A stretch of DNA of 64,000 bases from a virus, in the IMG/VR virus record IMGVR_UViG_3300027754_005993, positions 32,001 through 96,000 of that record; one strand, given 5' to 3'. The notes beneath the pieces were generated by a model. That model was not told the DNA's origin, searched no databases, and was given only the letters and a program-made list of their open reading frames with translations. The position numbers were made by a program, and so were the translations under genes. Each line of letters starts with the position of its first letter. Position 1 is the stretch's first letter. Positions 38,014 through 47,550 of this stretch are shown here, piece after piece.

Positions 38014-39458
38014 TTAAGATACATCAAGTAGATTCTGTGTATATCGAAATTGAGTGCGAGAAAGGTATCGCCAAGGAGTTATCCTCATTCTTTACCTTCA
38101 ATGTACCAAATTCGCAATACAATCCAGCATTTCGCAAGAAGCGTTGGGATGGCAAGATTCGTTTGTTCAGTATTCTTACAAACAAAATCTATGCTGGATT
38201 GCTTTCATATGTTCTGACATTTGCTTCTGATCGTGGTTACAAAGTAGAATATCAATCAAGTCTATCGCGAGACACCACTTGCTTAGAACTGCCTACAGTC
38301 TATTCTGGAGGCAAGGTCATTCAACCGCACGACTACCAGATTGATGCGATCAAACACGCCCTTGAAAATCGTAGGACTCTCCTGATATCGCCAACGGGCA
38401 GTGGTAAGAGTTTGATCATCTATATGATTATGCTTGAACTTTTAAAGCGTACAAAGAAAAAGATTCTAATTGTTGTACCCACCACAGGACTTGTTACACA
38501 ATTAAATTCAGACTTTCAAGATTATGCAAATACCAAGGCAATTGCCAAACATATTCATTTAATATATGGTGGTCAGGAAAAAACAACTGAATGTAGAGTT
38601 ATAATATCCACATGGCAAAGTCTTTATACACAGGATGAAAGATACTTTGAACAATTTGATAGTATCATCGGCGATGAGTCTCATTTGTTTAAGGCAAAAT
38701 CTCTAGTAAAGATCATGAGTAAATTGAAGACCTGTGAATATAGAATCGGAACCACAGGCACGCTTGATGGCACGCAGGTACATCGGTTGGTTCTTGAAGG
38801 ATTATTTGGTCCTGTGCATCAAGTCACATCTACAAAAGAACTTATAGATAAAGAAGTACTAGCTCAGCTAAATATTGAATGTTTGATTCTTCGTTATACT
38901 GACAAAGATATACAGGAGATTAAGCGTGCAAAATATCCTGATGAAATTGAATGGTTAGTTCTCAATGATAAACGAAATCAGTTTATTACAGATCTCGCAA
39001 CTAGCATTCCTGGTAATGTGCTCGTTCTTTTTAATTTTGTTGAGAAGCATGGAATACCTCTATATCAGAAGATTTCAAAGGCAAGTAAGAAACAGTCATA
39101 TCTTATCTGTGGTAAAACCGAAATTGAACAAAGAGAAGAAATACGAAAGATTGTAGACAAGGGCAACAATAGCGTTCTTGTGGCATCCTATGGAACATGC
39201 AGCACAGGTATTAATATTAAAAACATTCACGCAATTGTATTTGCTTCCCCATCAAAATCAGTTGTTCGTGTTCTTCAATCCATTGGTCGTGGTCTTAGAA
39301 AGTCAGATACAAAGGAAAAAGCAACGGTATATGACATAGGAGACGATCTCAGTTGGGGCAAGTATAGAAATCATGCTCTCCGACACCTAGATGAGCGCAC
39401 TACCATATATACTAATGAAGAGTTCACATTCAAGAAAACTAAAATTAAATTAAGTTAG
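38010..39458 (+). CDS. uvsW: DNA helicase UvsW
   Basis: WDGKIRLF; SPTGSGKS; DESH; GTTGTL; LQSIGRGLR. Confidence 0.95.
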   Translation: MIKIHQVDSVYIEIECEKGIAKELSSFFTFNVPNSQYNPAFRKKRWDGKIRLFSILTNKIYAGLLSYVLTFASDRGYKVEYQSSLSRDTTCLELPTVYSGGKVIQPHDYQIDAIKHALENRRTLLISPTGSGKSLIIYMIMLELLKRTKKKILIVVPTTGLVTQLNSDFQDYANTKAIAKHIHLIYGGQEKTTECRVIISTWQSLYTQDERYFEQFDSIIGDESHLFKAKSLVKIMSKLKTCEYRIGTTGTLDGTQVHRLVLEGLFGPVHQVTSTKELIDKEVLAQLNIECLILRYTDKDIQEIKRAKYPDEIEWLVLNDKRNQFITDLATSIPGNVLVLFNFVEKHGIPLYQKISKASKKQSYLICGKTEIEQREEIRKIVDKGNNSVLVASYGTCSTGINIKNIHAIVFASPSKSVVRVLQSIGRGLRKSDTKEKATVYDIGDDLSWGKYRNHALRHLDERTTIYTNEEFTFKKTKIKLS

Positions 39459-39467
39459 GAACTAACA

Positions 39468-40202
39468 ATGAATCTTAAAATCCTGAAACTTAGAAGCGGT
39501 GAAGAAATAATAGGTCAGATTCTTGAAGAAACTGAATCCTCAGTAAAAATCTTTCAACCTATGTTCTTCAACATAATTCAATCATTTAATGATGATGGTA
39601 ATCCTTGTGATATCACCACAATTCATGATTGGTTGGTAAATACCGATGAGAAAAATGTTTCATTGCCAATGGATCATGTGGCATTCATCAGTGAACCAAA
39701 TACGAACACCAAAAAACTATATGAAATTGAAAGTGTCAAAGAATTTGACAAAGATAGTTACAAGACTTCTGTCGAAGAAACAGAAAAACCACCAGCATCT
39801 TCTATTAAAATGAATGAAAAAGATGCAGATGTGTTTGGTATGTTCTTGGAACAACTTATTAATCAATCTTTGGATTATACGCGACCTCCTACTTCTCATA
39901 GAGAATCTTCTAATAGAGAAGGTCCAAAGAGAAAAAGAAAACCAAAGAAGGACTATCTTCCACCAGATATGTCAGATGAGAGCGAATTAGAGCGTCATAT
40001 GATTATGATGCAACTCTACATTCCAGCTGAGGCAATTATGAATATGGTGACCAGTGGTCTTCTAGAACCAAAAGTTCTACTTGATATGGTAAAAGAAGTC
40101 AAGAAGCGTAATAAGTTCACTGGTGATGAGAAGGATCGTGGCGATTTCGGTACTAAGTTTTCCGATTGGAATCCCGATCCTAAGTCAGATGACTATAACT
40201 AA
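39468..40202 (+). CDS. Hypothetical protein with Sm-like N-terminal domain (conserved uvsW-gp55 position)
   Basis: KILKLRSGEEIIGQI start; synteny. Confidence 0.55.
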   Translation: MNLKILKLRSGEEIIGQILEETESSVKIFQPMFFNIIQSFNDDGNPCDITTIHDWLVNTDEKNVSLPMDHVAFISEPNTNTKKLYEIESVKEFDKDSYKTSVEETEKPPASSIKMNEKDADVFGMFLEQLINQSLDYTRPPTSHRESSNREGPKRKRKPKKDYLPPDMSDESELERHMIMMQLYIPAEAIMNMVTSGLLEPKVLLDMVKEVKKRNKFTGDEKDRGDFGTKFSDWNPDPKSDDYN

Positions 40203-40244
40203 TAGTTAGCTACTATAGGGATCCTTCTTTATTACCACACAGAA

Positions 40245-40274
40245 ATTATACACGCAATGTACGATTCTTGTCAA
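40245..40274 (-). promoter_or_regulatory. Consensus sigma70 promoter on the antisense strand
   Basis: Minus strand reads TTGACA-18 bp-TATAAT (+ strand tgtcaa 40269-74, attata 40245-50). Confidence 0.65.
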
Positions 40275-40313
40275 GCCCTTATCATCAAGTTTACCAAAAA
40301 TAGTATAAAACAC

Positions 40314-40341
40314 TTGAAAGATTGGTTTTCCATGCTATACT
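40314..40341 (+). promoter_or_regulatory. sigma70-type early/middle promoter for the gp55 operon
   Basis: TTGAAA-16 bp-TATACT with extended -10 TGn. Confidence 0.65.
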
Positions 40342-40356
40342 TGTATTACGAACAGG

Positions 40357-40929
40357 ATGACCATGAAAAACGAAAATGAAGATCCAAAAATTATAGAACA
40401 AGAAGTAAAGACTCTGAAACATTACATAGACAATGTAAAGTTTTGCAAGTCAATGACCGAATGGAAAAAACTAGTGCATATTGCAGAGCAGTGTGGAGAA
40501 AAGCGTCCACCTGTTACTGACTATATTGCAGAATCATTTCTTAAGATTGCAGAGCATCTCTCGCATAGACCAAACTTTATCAATTATCAATTTAGAGATG
40601 ATATGATTGGTGATGGTATTGAGAATTGTCTTCTATATGCTCATAATTTTGATCCTGAAAAATCATCAAATCCATTTTCATATTTTACTCAGATAATTTA
40701 TTATGCTTTTCTTCGTCGCATAGAAAAAGAAAAGAAACAAGCATTTATAAAATATAAGTGCTTGCAATTAAACGATCTTGATGGTAAAGTGGTGAATTGG
40801 TTGAAGCAAGATGGAGAGGCAAGTTCATATGGTGAATTTTTACAAAAACATTTTGCATTAACTGAAAATGATATTGAAAAGTTAGAACCCAAAGATAAAA
40901 AGAAAAGGAAACAAAGGAAGCGCAAGTGA
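40357..40929 (+). CDS. gp55: Late-transcription sigma factor gp55
   Basis: HYIDN..F; YIAESFLKIAEHLSHRPNFINY.FRDDMIGDGIENCL.Y..NFDPEKS.NPFSYFTQIIYYAFLRRI.KEKKQ. Confidence 0.97.
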   Translation: MTMKNENEDPKIIEQEVKTLKHYIDNVKFCKSMTEWKKLVHIAEQCGEKRPPVTDYIAESFLKIAEHLSHRPNFINYQFRDDMIGDGIENCLLYAHNFDPEKSSNPFSYFTQIIYYAFLRRIEKEKKQAFIKYKCLQLNDLDGKVVNWLKQDGEASSYGEFLQKHFALTENDIEKLEPKDKKKRKQRKRK

Positions 40930-41987
40930 AATTAGCATTTATTTGTGATACCCATTTTGGTGTACGAAATGATTCGCCGTTCTTTTTGGATAATGCCCTA
41001 TCTTTTTTTGAAAATCAATTCTTTCCATTTTTAAAAGAAAACAATATTACTCAAGTTATTCATCTTGGTGACTTTTTTGACCGAAGGAAGTATGTTAATT
41101 TCAACACGCTTTCTTTGGTCAGAACACGATTTGTGAATAAGTTGCAAGAACACAATATCACTTTTCATATTACCATAGGAAATCATGATACTTATTTTCG
41201 CAACACAAATGAATTAAATTCTTTGCGTGAACTTTTGACTGATCGCTACGATAATATTAAACTTTACGAAAAACCAACTACAATTAATTTTGACGACTTC
41301 TGCTTTGGAATAGTTCCTTGGGTGACTAAGGATAACGAAGCAGAAGTCGTTGATTTCGTTTCAAAATGTCCATGTAGAATGATTGGTGGACATTTTGAAA
41401 TCAATGGATTCCAAGTAGTCATGGGTGTCAAGCATTCACACGGATTCACTACAGAAATCTTCAAACGATTTGATCGTGTTCTATCTGGACACTTTCATAT
41501 CAAACAATCACAAGGAAATATTCATTATCTTGGGACTCAATATCAATTGAATTTCTCAGATGTATATTCTACAAAAGGATTTCATGTTTATGACACAGAA
41601 ACCGACGAGATGGATTTTATTGAGAATGCTGGCAATATATTTCATGTGTTTAACTATGACGATTCCAATCAAGATGAAGTCAAGCGTATTGTCAAATTTA
41701 TAAATGAAACTAATCTAAAGAATGGGTTTATTCGTGTCACTGTAAGATCCAAGGCACGACAAGAAATCTTTGATAAATTTATTGATGCTCTTTGGGATAA
41801 AGGAATTCAAGATCTATCGGTAGTGGAAGATCAAATAGATCATAAAACATCTGGAGTTGAATTCAGTGAATCTGAGGATACAATGAGCATCATAGGTCGT
41901 GAGATTGATGCGATTGAACGCGATGTAGATAAGGGTAAACTTAAGACTTTGATTCGTGATCTTTATATGGAAAGTCTGAAGATATGA
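40926..41987 (+). CDS. gp47: Recombination nuclease gp47 (Mre11/SbcD-like)
   Basis: DTHFG; HLGDFFDRRK; GNHD; SGHFH. Confidence 0.95.
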   Translation: MKLAFICDTHFGVRNDSPFFLDNALSFFENQFFPFLKENNITQVIHLGDFFDRRKYVNFNTLSLVRTRFVNKLQEHNITFHITIGNHDTYFRNTNELNSLRELLTDRYDNIKLYEKPTTINFDDFCFGIVPWVTKDNEAEVVDFVSKCPCRMIGGHFEINGFQVVMGVKHSHGFTTEIFKRFDRVLSGHFHIKQSQGNIHYLGTQYQLNFSDVYSTKGFHVYDTETDEMDFIENAGNIFHVFNYDDSNQDEVKRIVKFINETNLKNGFIRVTVRSKARQEIFDKFIDALWDKGIQDLSVVEDQIDHKTSGVEFSESEDTMSIIGREIDAIERDVDKGKLKTLIRDLYMESLKI

Positions 41988-43714
41988 TTAAATTTGAAAA
42001 AGTAAGATTCAAAAACTTTGGATCTTTTGGAAACAATATCACAGAAATCGTGCTGGATAAAAACAGCACAACTCTTATCTGTGGAAGCAATGGAAGTGGA
42101 AAGTCTTTTGCTTTTCTTGATTCCATTACATTTGCGTTGTTTGGCAAACCATTTCGTAAGATCAATATTCCTACACTCGTCAATTCAGTCAATGAAAAAG
42201 GGTGTTTAGTTGAGATTGATTTTAGTCGTGGATCCGATAAATTCATGATTCGTCGTGGTATTAATCCGCGCGTCTTTGAGATTTATAGAAACGGTGAACT
42301 TATTGATCAGGATGCCAAGAGTCTTGATTATCAGGAACTTCTTGAGAATCAAATTCTTAAGATGAATTACAAGACATTCACGCAGGTGGTAATTCTTGGT
42401 AGTTCTTCATTTGTTCCTTTCATGCAGTTGTCGGCAGCAGATCGTCGCTCTGTTATTGAAAATATTCTTGACATCAATATATTCAGCACAATGAATATCG
42501 TGCTCAGGGGTAAGATTCTTTCATTAAAGGAAATGATCAAAGAACTCAGCATGAAGATTGAAATTGAAAAGAACAAGATTAATGTTCAAAAGAGTTATAT
42601 TGCTACTCTTGAAAAGAAGAACACCGAAGATGATGATGTAAAGAATCAACGAATTACTGAACTAGAGACAAAGATTAAAACAATTCAATATGATTTAATA
42701 TGCAAAAATCTTTCGGTTGAGGGTCTACAAGAAGATATTAATAATGCAAAGAAAATTTTAAAAGACAAAACCAACAGAATTCAAGATTGTCGTACCCATA
42801 TCGTCACATTGAAGACTTCAAAGGATCAGAAACAGAAGGAGATAAACTTCTTTAAGGAAAATTGTACCTGCCCAACTTGCACCCAACCTATTGATGATAA
42901 AGTCAAAAAAGAAAAGGTGTTGATGAATAATTATGAGATTTCTAATTTAGAAGATGATATGGTAACTACCAAAGATCATAGCAATTCTCTTCAATATGAT
43001 ATCACTAAATTTGAAAGTCACATTCAGGATACAACCAATCTCATATATGAAGTAACTTCCTTCAACAAAGAAATTGAAGCGTATAATAAAGAGATTGAAC
43101 GGATTCGTAGCACTATGCATAAATCCGCAATCAAGGATGATCTTGTAGAGGAGAAAGAAAAACTCAAGATGTTTGAGGGTGGACTTGCTGCTTTAGATGA
43201 GGAAAAGTTAATTCATTCGAGTGATCTGATGTATCATGAATTCGCAGGTGAGTTACTTCGCGATGGGGGAGTCAAGGGAAAGATCATCAAGTATTATCTT
43301 CCTCACATGAATAAGTTCATCAATAAGTTTCTATCGTCCATGGATTTCTTTGTGCAGTTTCAACTGGATGAGGAATTCAATGAACAGATTAAATCTCGCT
43401 ATCGTGATGATTTTAGTTACATGAATTTTAGCGAAGGTGAGAAAATGCGTATAGATCTGGCACTATTGCTAGCATGGCGAGAGATCGCAAGACTCAAGAA
43501 TAGCGTCAGTTGTAATCTCTTGATTCTTGATGAGGTGTTCGACTCCTCTCTAGACTCCGTTGGCATGGACGAACTTATGAAACTTTTAAAACTTATAAGC
43601 GACAAAGCGAATGTGTATGTTATTAGTCACAAAGCAGATCAACTTGTTGATAAATTTTCAACGATTATTTCCGTTGAGAAAAAGAATAATTTTAGCAAGA
43701 TCATATATAGTTAA
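41984..43714 (+). CDS. gp46: Recombination ATPase gp46 (Rad50/SbcC-like)
   Basis: GSNGSGKS; zinc hook CPTC; FSEGEKMRIDLA; LILDEVFD. Confidence 0.96.
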   Translation: MIKFEKVRFKNFGSFGNNITEIVLDKNSTTLICGSNGSGKSFAFLDSITFALFGKPFRKINIPTLVNSVNEKGCLVEIDFSRGSDKFMIRRGINPRVFEIYRNGELIDQDAKSLDYQELLENQILKMNYKTFTQVVILGSSSFVPFMQLSAADRRSVIENILDINIFSTMNIVLRGKILSLKEMIKELSMKIEIEKNKINVQKSYIATLEKKNTEDDDVKNQRITELETKIKTIQYDLICKNLSVEGLQEDINNAKKILKDKTNRIQDCRTHIVTLKTSKDQKQKEINFFKENCTCPTCTQPIDDKVKKEKVLMNNYEISNLEDDMVTTKDHSNSLQYDITKFESHIQDTTNLIYEVTSFNKEIEAYNKEIERIRSTMHKSAIKDDLVEEKEKLKMFEGGLAALDEEKLIHSSDLMYHEFAGELLRDGGVKGKIIKYYLPHMNKFINKFLSSMDFFVQFQLDEEFNEQIKSRYRDDFSYMNFSEGEKMRIDLALLLAWREIARLKNSVSCNLLILDEVFDSSLDSVGMDELMKLLKLISDKANVYVISHKADQLVDKFSTIISVEKKNNFSKIIYS

Positions 43715-43717
43715 GAC

Positions 43718-44038
43718 ATGTCTAAAGTAGATACACTTAATTTTAGAGGAAAATTTCGGCAATATGATGTTGATGGTCATCCTTATATTTATTTTATAGG
43801 TGATTCTGTTGAACACAATTCTCAAATTTATGTTTGTGTAAAGGCAACAACCACTAAAATTCCAGGAACACAGGAAGGTTCAGCATATTGGAAAGAAACT
43901 GGAGGAAATTTTGGTTTCTTTATTCAAGAACAATTACCAAAAAATGCTGAAGTTGGAGATAGATGGTATATTCCGTCTACAGCGATAATGTACACTTATG
44001 TTAAAGAAAGAAATAATGCTTTTTGGGTTGAATTATGA
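43718..44038 (+). CDS. Small hypothetical protein with CBM-like N-part and fibre-type GDRW module
   Basis: YFIGDSVEHN...YVCV...P....YW; P..A.VGDRWY.......Y.....WVEL. Confidence 0.5.
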   Translation: MSKVDTLNFRGKFRQYDVDGHPYIYFIGDSVEHNSQIYVCVKATTTKIPGTQEGSAYWKETGGNFGFFIQEQLPKNAEVGDRWYIPSTAIMYTYVKERNNAFWVEL

Positions 44039-44055
44039 TTAAAACATGGTATAAT
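44028..44055 (+). promoter_or_regulatory. sigma70-type promoter for the clamp/clamp-loader operon
   Basis: TTGAAT-16 bp-TATAAT with extended -10 (TGgTATAAT). Confidence 0.65.
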
Positions 44056-44065
44056 AGGACAAGTT

Positions 44066-44245
44066 ATGAATAACACCAATACGGGGCGTAATGAATTTAA
44101 AGAAAAGCCAAAACCACCTAAACAATTGAAATCTGTTTCCCGTAAGGAAAAAGATTCAGAGAAGAATAGATCAAAACAACAACTGAAAAATTATGTCCAA
44201 AGCAACTTTGAGGACGATAATTTTGAAGATAACTTCATGAGGTAA
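44066..44245 (+). CDS. Small hypothetical protein (59 aa), not in ORF track
   Basis: ATG 44066 after SD-like agga; MNNTNTGRNEFKEKPKPP...FEDNFMR; TAA 4 nt before gp45. Confidence 0.65.
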   Translation: MNNTNTGRNEFKEKPKPPKQLKSVSRKEKDSEKNRSKQQLKNYVQSNFEDDNFEDNFMR

Positions 44246-44248
44246 ATT

Positions 44249-44932
44249 ATGAGCACTGTGACTTTTTCGAAAAATACCCTAACAATTCTTAAGAACTTCT
44301 CAAGTCTAAATTCCAATATTCTAGTAAAACCAGGAAATGTAATCAAGACGATTACACCATCCAAGACAGGTATGGCAGTCGCTACCATTGAAGAAACCTT
44401 TAATGTTGAGTTCGGCATTTGGGATCTCAATAAATTTCTTGGTGTAGTCAGTCTCTTCAATACTCCAACATTCACCTTTGGAGATAAGAGCGTCAAGATC
44501 AAGAATGGTGGAGATTCTGTAGTCAATTATTACTACTCAGAACCACGACTATTGACATGTCCTACAAAGGATGTCAATATGCCAGAAATCAATGTGAGTA
44601 TTATTCTCACCGAAAAGAACTTCAATGAACTTCAGAAAGCAGCATCCGTGATGCAACTTCCTGATATGTCGTTTAAGTCTGACGATGGTGACATTGTTGC
44701 TATGGTTTCTGATCTTGGAGATCCTACCAGTAATTCATATAAGGTAATTTCTGGGACAAAGTATAATGGTCCCGAATTCTTGTTTAACTTTAAGATGGAG
44801 AATATCAAGATTCTTCCTGGAGATTATAAGATTAACTTTGCCAAGAATGTTGTGGGTGAATTCATTCACCAGTCTATTCCTGTCAAGTACTGGTATGCGA
44901 TGGAAGCAAATACCTCTAACTATGGATCTTAA
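44249..44932 (+). CDS. gp45: Sliding clamp gp45
   Basis: TLTILKNFSSLNSNI; FGIWDLNKFL; FKMENIKILPGDY. Confidence 0.95.
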   Translation: MSTVTFSKNTLTILKNFSSLNSNILVKPGNVIKTITPSKTGMAVATIEETFNVEFGIWDLNKFLGVVSLFNTPTFTFGDKSVKIKNGGDSVVNYYYSEPRLLTCPTKDVNMPEINVSIILTEKNFNELQKAASVMQLPDMSFKSDDGDIVAMVSDLGDPTSNSYKVISGTKYNGPEFLFNFKMENIKILPGDYKINFAKNVVGEFIHQSIPVKYWYAMEANTSNYGS

Positions 44933-44934
44933 TA

Positions 44935-45879
44935 ATGAAACCAGAAAATTTTCTGTGGGTTGAAAAGTATCGTCCGCAGACCATTGAAGATTGCGTTCTC
45001 CCCATGTCGCTGAAGTCTACCTTCAGCGACATGGTTGCTAAGGGAGAACCTCAGAATTTGCTCTTCTCTGGTACTGCTGGTGTTGGCAAGACAACAGTCG
45101 CAAAGGCACTCTGCAATGAGATGGAGTGTGACTGGATTATTATTAATTGCTCAGAGGAAGGAAACATTGACACGCTGCGAACAAAGATTCGTCAGTTTGC
45201 CAGTACCGTATCTCTGAGTGGGGATACTAAAAAGGTGGTCATTTTAGATGAGTTTGATTATTCAAATGCTAATAGCATTCAACCTGCTCTGCGAGGTGCT
45301 ATTGAAGAATTTGCAAATAATTGTAGGTTTATCCTTACTTGTAACTATAAATCAAGAATTATTGAACCTATTCACTCTCGTTGCACTTGTATTGACTTCG
45401 TACTTGCTGCCTCCGAAAAACCAACCATTGCCGCAAAGATGATGGAACGGTGTTCATATATTCTTAACCAAGAAGGTGTTAAGGCAGATAAGAAGGTTCT
45501 TGGTCAATTGATCATGAAGCACTTTCCAGATATGCGTAGAATTCTAAATGAATTGCAACGGTACGGAGTGTCTGGTACGATTGATGTGGGAATTCTTTCC
45601 TCTATCGCAGAGGTAGAGATTAAGAACCTGATGACTGCACTTCGCAACAAGGATTTTGTCACGGTTCGTCGTTGGGCAGCACTCAATGCTGAAACCTCCC
45701 CCCAAGAGATCTATAGGAAAATCTACGATGCCCTTGGTGAGCATATGGAGAATCAGACCATTCCAGAGGCGATCTTGATAATCGCAGAGGCACAGTATCG
45801 CTCTGCTTTTGTTGCTGATCAAGAGATCAATCTTGTAGCGTGTCTAGTCCAGTTGATGATGTCTTGCGCTTTCAAATAA
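44935..45879 (+). CDS. gp44: Clamp loader large subunit gp44
   Basis: LWVEKYRP; GTAGVGKTT; ILDEFD; PIHSRC; FVADQEIN. Confidence 0.96.
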   Translation: MKPENFLWVEKYRPQTIEDCVLPMSLKSTFSDMVAKGEPQNLLFSGTAGVGKTTVAKALCNEMECDWIIINCSEEGNIDTLRTKIRQFASTVSLSGDTKKVVILDEFDYSNANSIQPALRGAIEEFANNCRFILTCNYKSRIIEPIHSRCTCIDFVLAASEKPTIAAKMMERCSYILNQEGVKADKKVLGQLIMKHFPDMRRILNELQRYGVSGTIDVGILSSIAEVEIKNLMTALRNKDFVTVRRWAALNAETSPQEIYRKIYDALGEHMENQTIPEAILIIAEAQYRSAFVADQEINLVACLVQLMMSCAFK

Positions 45880-45880
45880 T

Positions 45881-46252
45881 ATGCTTTCCGATATCTTAAA
45901 CTCAATCAATCAGACCAAGGAAAATCTCCTATCCAAAGACCCCCGTCTGGAGAAGGATTATGTTCCCTTTGTCATCAATAAATGCTTTTCGTATTTTCCC
46001 GATACCATCTTTTATGCCAATAGAATGAATCAGTCTGCATTCTTAGATAAAAAGATGCAATATGACTATTATATTCACTCAATATCCAAGCGTAAGCGTT
46101 TTTCCAAGTGGATCAAATCCGAGGAAAGCAAGGATTTAGAGGTGATCAAGGAAGTCTATGGGTACTCAGATGCCCGTGCTAGGGAGGTAATTGACTTGCT
46201 TCCTATGGACAAATTACGCGAATTAATACAAAAAGGTGGTCAAAAACGGTAA
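45881..46252 (+). CDS. gp62: Clamp loader small subunit gp62
   Basis: LNSINQTK; YVPFVINKCFSYF.DTI..AN.MN; KRKRFSKW. Confidence 0.92.
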   Translation: MLSDILNSINQTKENLLSKDPRLEKDYVPFVINKCFSYFPDTIFYANRMNQSAFLDKKMQYDYYIHSISKRKRFSKWIKSEESKDLEVIKEVYGYSDARAREVIDLLPMDKLRELIQKGGQKR

Positions 46253-46287
46253 AACCCTAAATATTTTCTATAATATGGAGCATTATT

Positions 46288-46683
46288 ATGGAAGATATTT
46301 TTGAGGGATTGGGCGTGGAGATAACATTGAAAAGTGAAGAAGATTTCCTTAAAGTTAAGGAAACTCTCACTAGAATCGGTGTATCTTCTAAAACTGAAAA
46401 GAAATTATATCAATCGTGTCATATACTACACAAGCGAGGTAGATATGCTATCATACATTTTAAAGAAATGTTTGTTCTTGATGGTCTTGACTCTGATATA
46501 TCAGAAGACGATCTTGGGCGAAGAAATACAATAGTTAAATTACTGGTAGAATGGGAATTGGTGAATGTGATAGATCCAAAACAGTATGAGCAACCACAAC
46601 TTTCTCTTGCTAGATTGAAGATCATTCCGCATAAAGAAAAGAAAGAATGGACTTTGATTCCTAAGTATCACATCGGTAAGTGA
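46288..46683 (+). CDS. regA: Translational repressor RegA
   Basis: DFLKVKETLTRIGV.S....KLYQSCHILHKRGRYAIIHFKE.F.LDG. Confidence 0.96.
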   Translation: MEDIFEGLGVEITLKSEEDFLKVKETLTRIGVSSKTEKKLYQSCHILHKRGRYAIIHFKEMFVLDGLDSDISEDDLGRRNTIVKLLVEWELVNVIDPKQYEQPQLSLARLKIIPHKEKKEWTLIPKYHIGK

Positions 46684-46710
46684 CATATATAAGTGTGGAG
46701 ATTTTATATT

Positions 46711-47550
46711 ATGAAAAAAATGCAAGCAATTGGTGCTCCATTTCAAATAGAATATTCATCAAATTCTAATTTATTGCCACAATCCTTCAGTTGGATCGCG
46801 GAAGACTTTCCTGTAAAAGTTTTTATAGATGGTGGAATTGCCATCGGAATGTCTTATCAAAAGAAACCTGGAACACTGAAAATAGCATGGGTTTGCGAAT
46901 CGCGTGCTATTTTTCATGCAATGAACTTTCCAAGAGAAGTTTGGGAAGAACAATTTTTAAATATTTGCGATTCATATGATCTTCTTTTTACTTCTGAGAA
47001 GAGTTGGTTGGGAAAGCATCCAAATGTAAGATATTGTCCAGCAGGAAGTAATCTTCCATGGATAAAGAACCAAGATATTTTTCCAAAAACAAAATTAGCA
47101 TCTATGATTGCTTCTCCCAAGAAATTTGCATTTGGACATGCTATTCGTCATCAATTGGCAGAACAATATAAAAATAACCTTGATCTGTATGGTGGAGTTC
47201 TTGGATCTCGTAGATTAAGTCCAGGTGTTCCGTGGGGCGATAAGTCTGAAGGACTGAATGATTATATGTTTTCTATTACTGTGGAAAATGATAAGTACAG
47301 TACATATTATACAGAGAAAATAACTGATTGTTTTGCTACGGGAACAATACCAGTATATTGGGGAGCACCAGATATTGGTGATATCTTCAACAAAGATGGA
47401 ATTATAGAATTAACTCCAGATTTTGATCCAAAAACATTGACAAAAGAACTATATGAAAGTAAACTTGATGCAGTAAGAGACAACTTTAATCGGGTTAAAG
47501 AACTTGTTTCTGCTGATGATCAATTATTTAAATTAATCAATGAAAACTGA
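46711..47550 (+). CDS. Glycosyltransferase family 10 (fucosyltransferase-like)
   Basis: K..GL.DYMFSITVEN....YYTEKITDCFATGTIPVYWG is the GT10 motif; ATG 46711 after ggag. Confidence 0.8.
   Translation: MKKMQAIGAPFQIEYSSNSNLLPQSFSWIAEDFPVKVFIDGGIAIGMSYQKKPGTLKIAWVCESRAIFHAMNFPREVWEEQFLNICDSYDLLFTSEKSWLGKHPNVRYCPAGSNLPWIKNQDIFPKTKLASMIASPKKFAFGHAIRHQLAEQYKNNLDLYGGVLGSRRLSPGVPWGDKSEGLNDYMFSITVENDKYSTYYTEKITDCFATGTIPVYWGAPDIGDIFNKDGIIELTPDFDPKTLTKELYESKLDAVRDNFNRVKELVSADDQLFKLINEN

Noticed and set aside
26940-43714. Introns, inteins or homing endonucleases in gp17, gp20, gp23, uvsW, gp46/47
   Set aside because: Genes are uninterrupted and of normal length; no LAGLIDADG, HNH or GIY-YIG motifs seen
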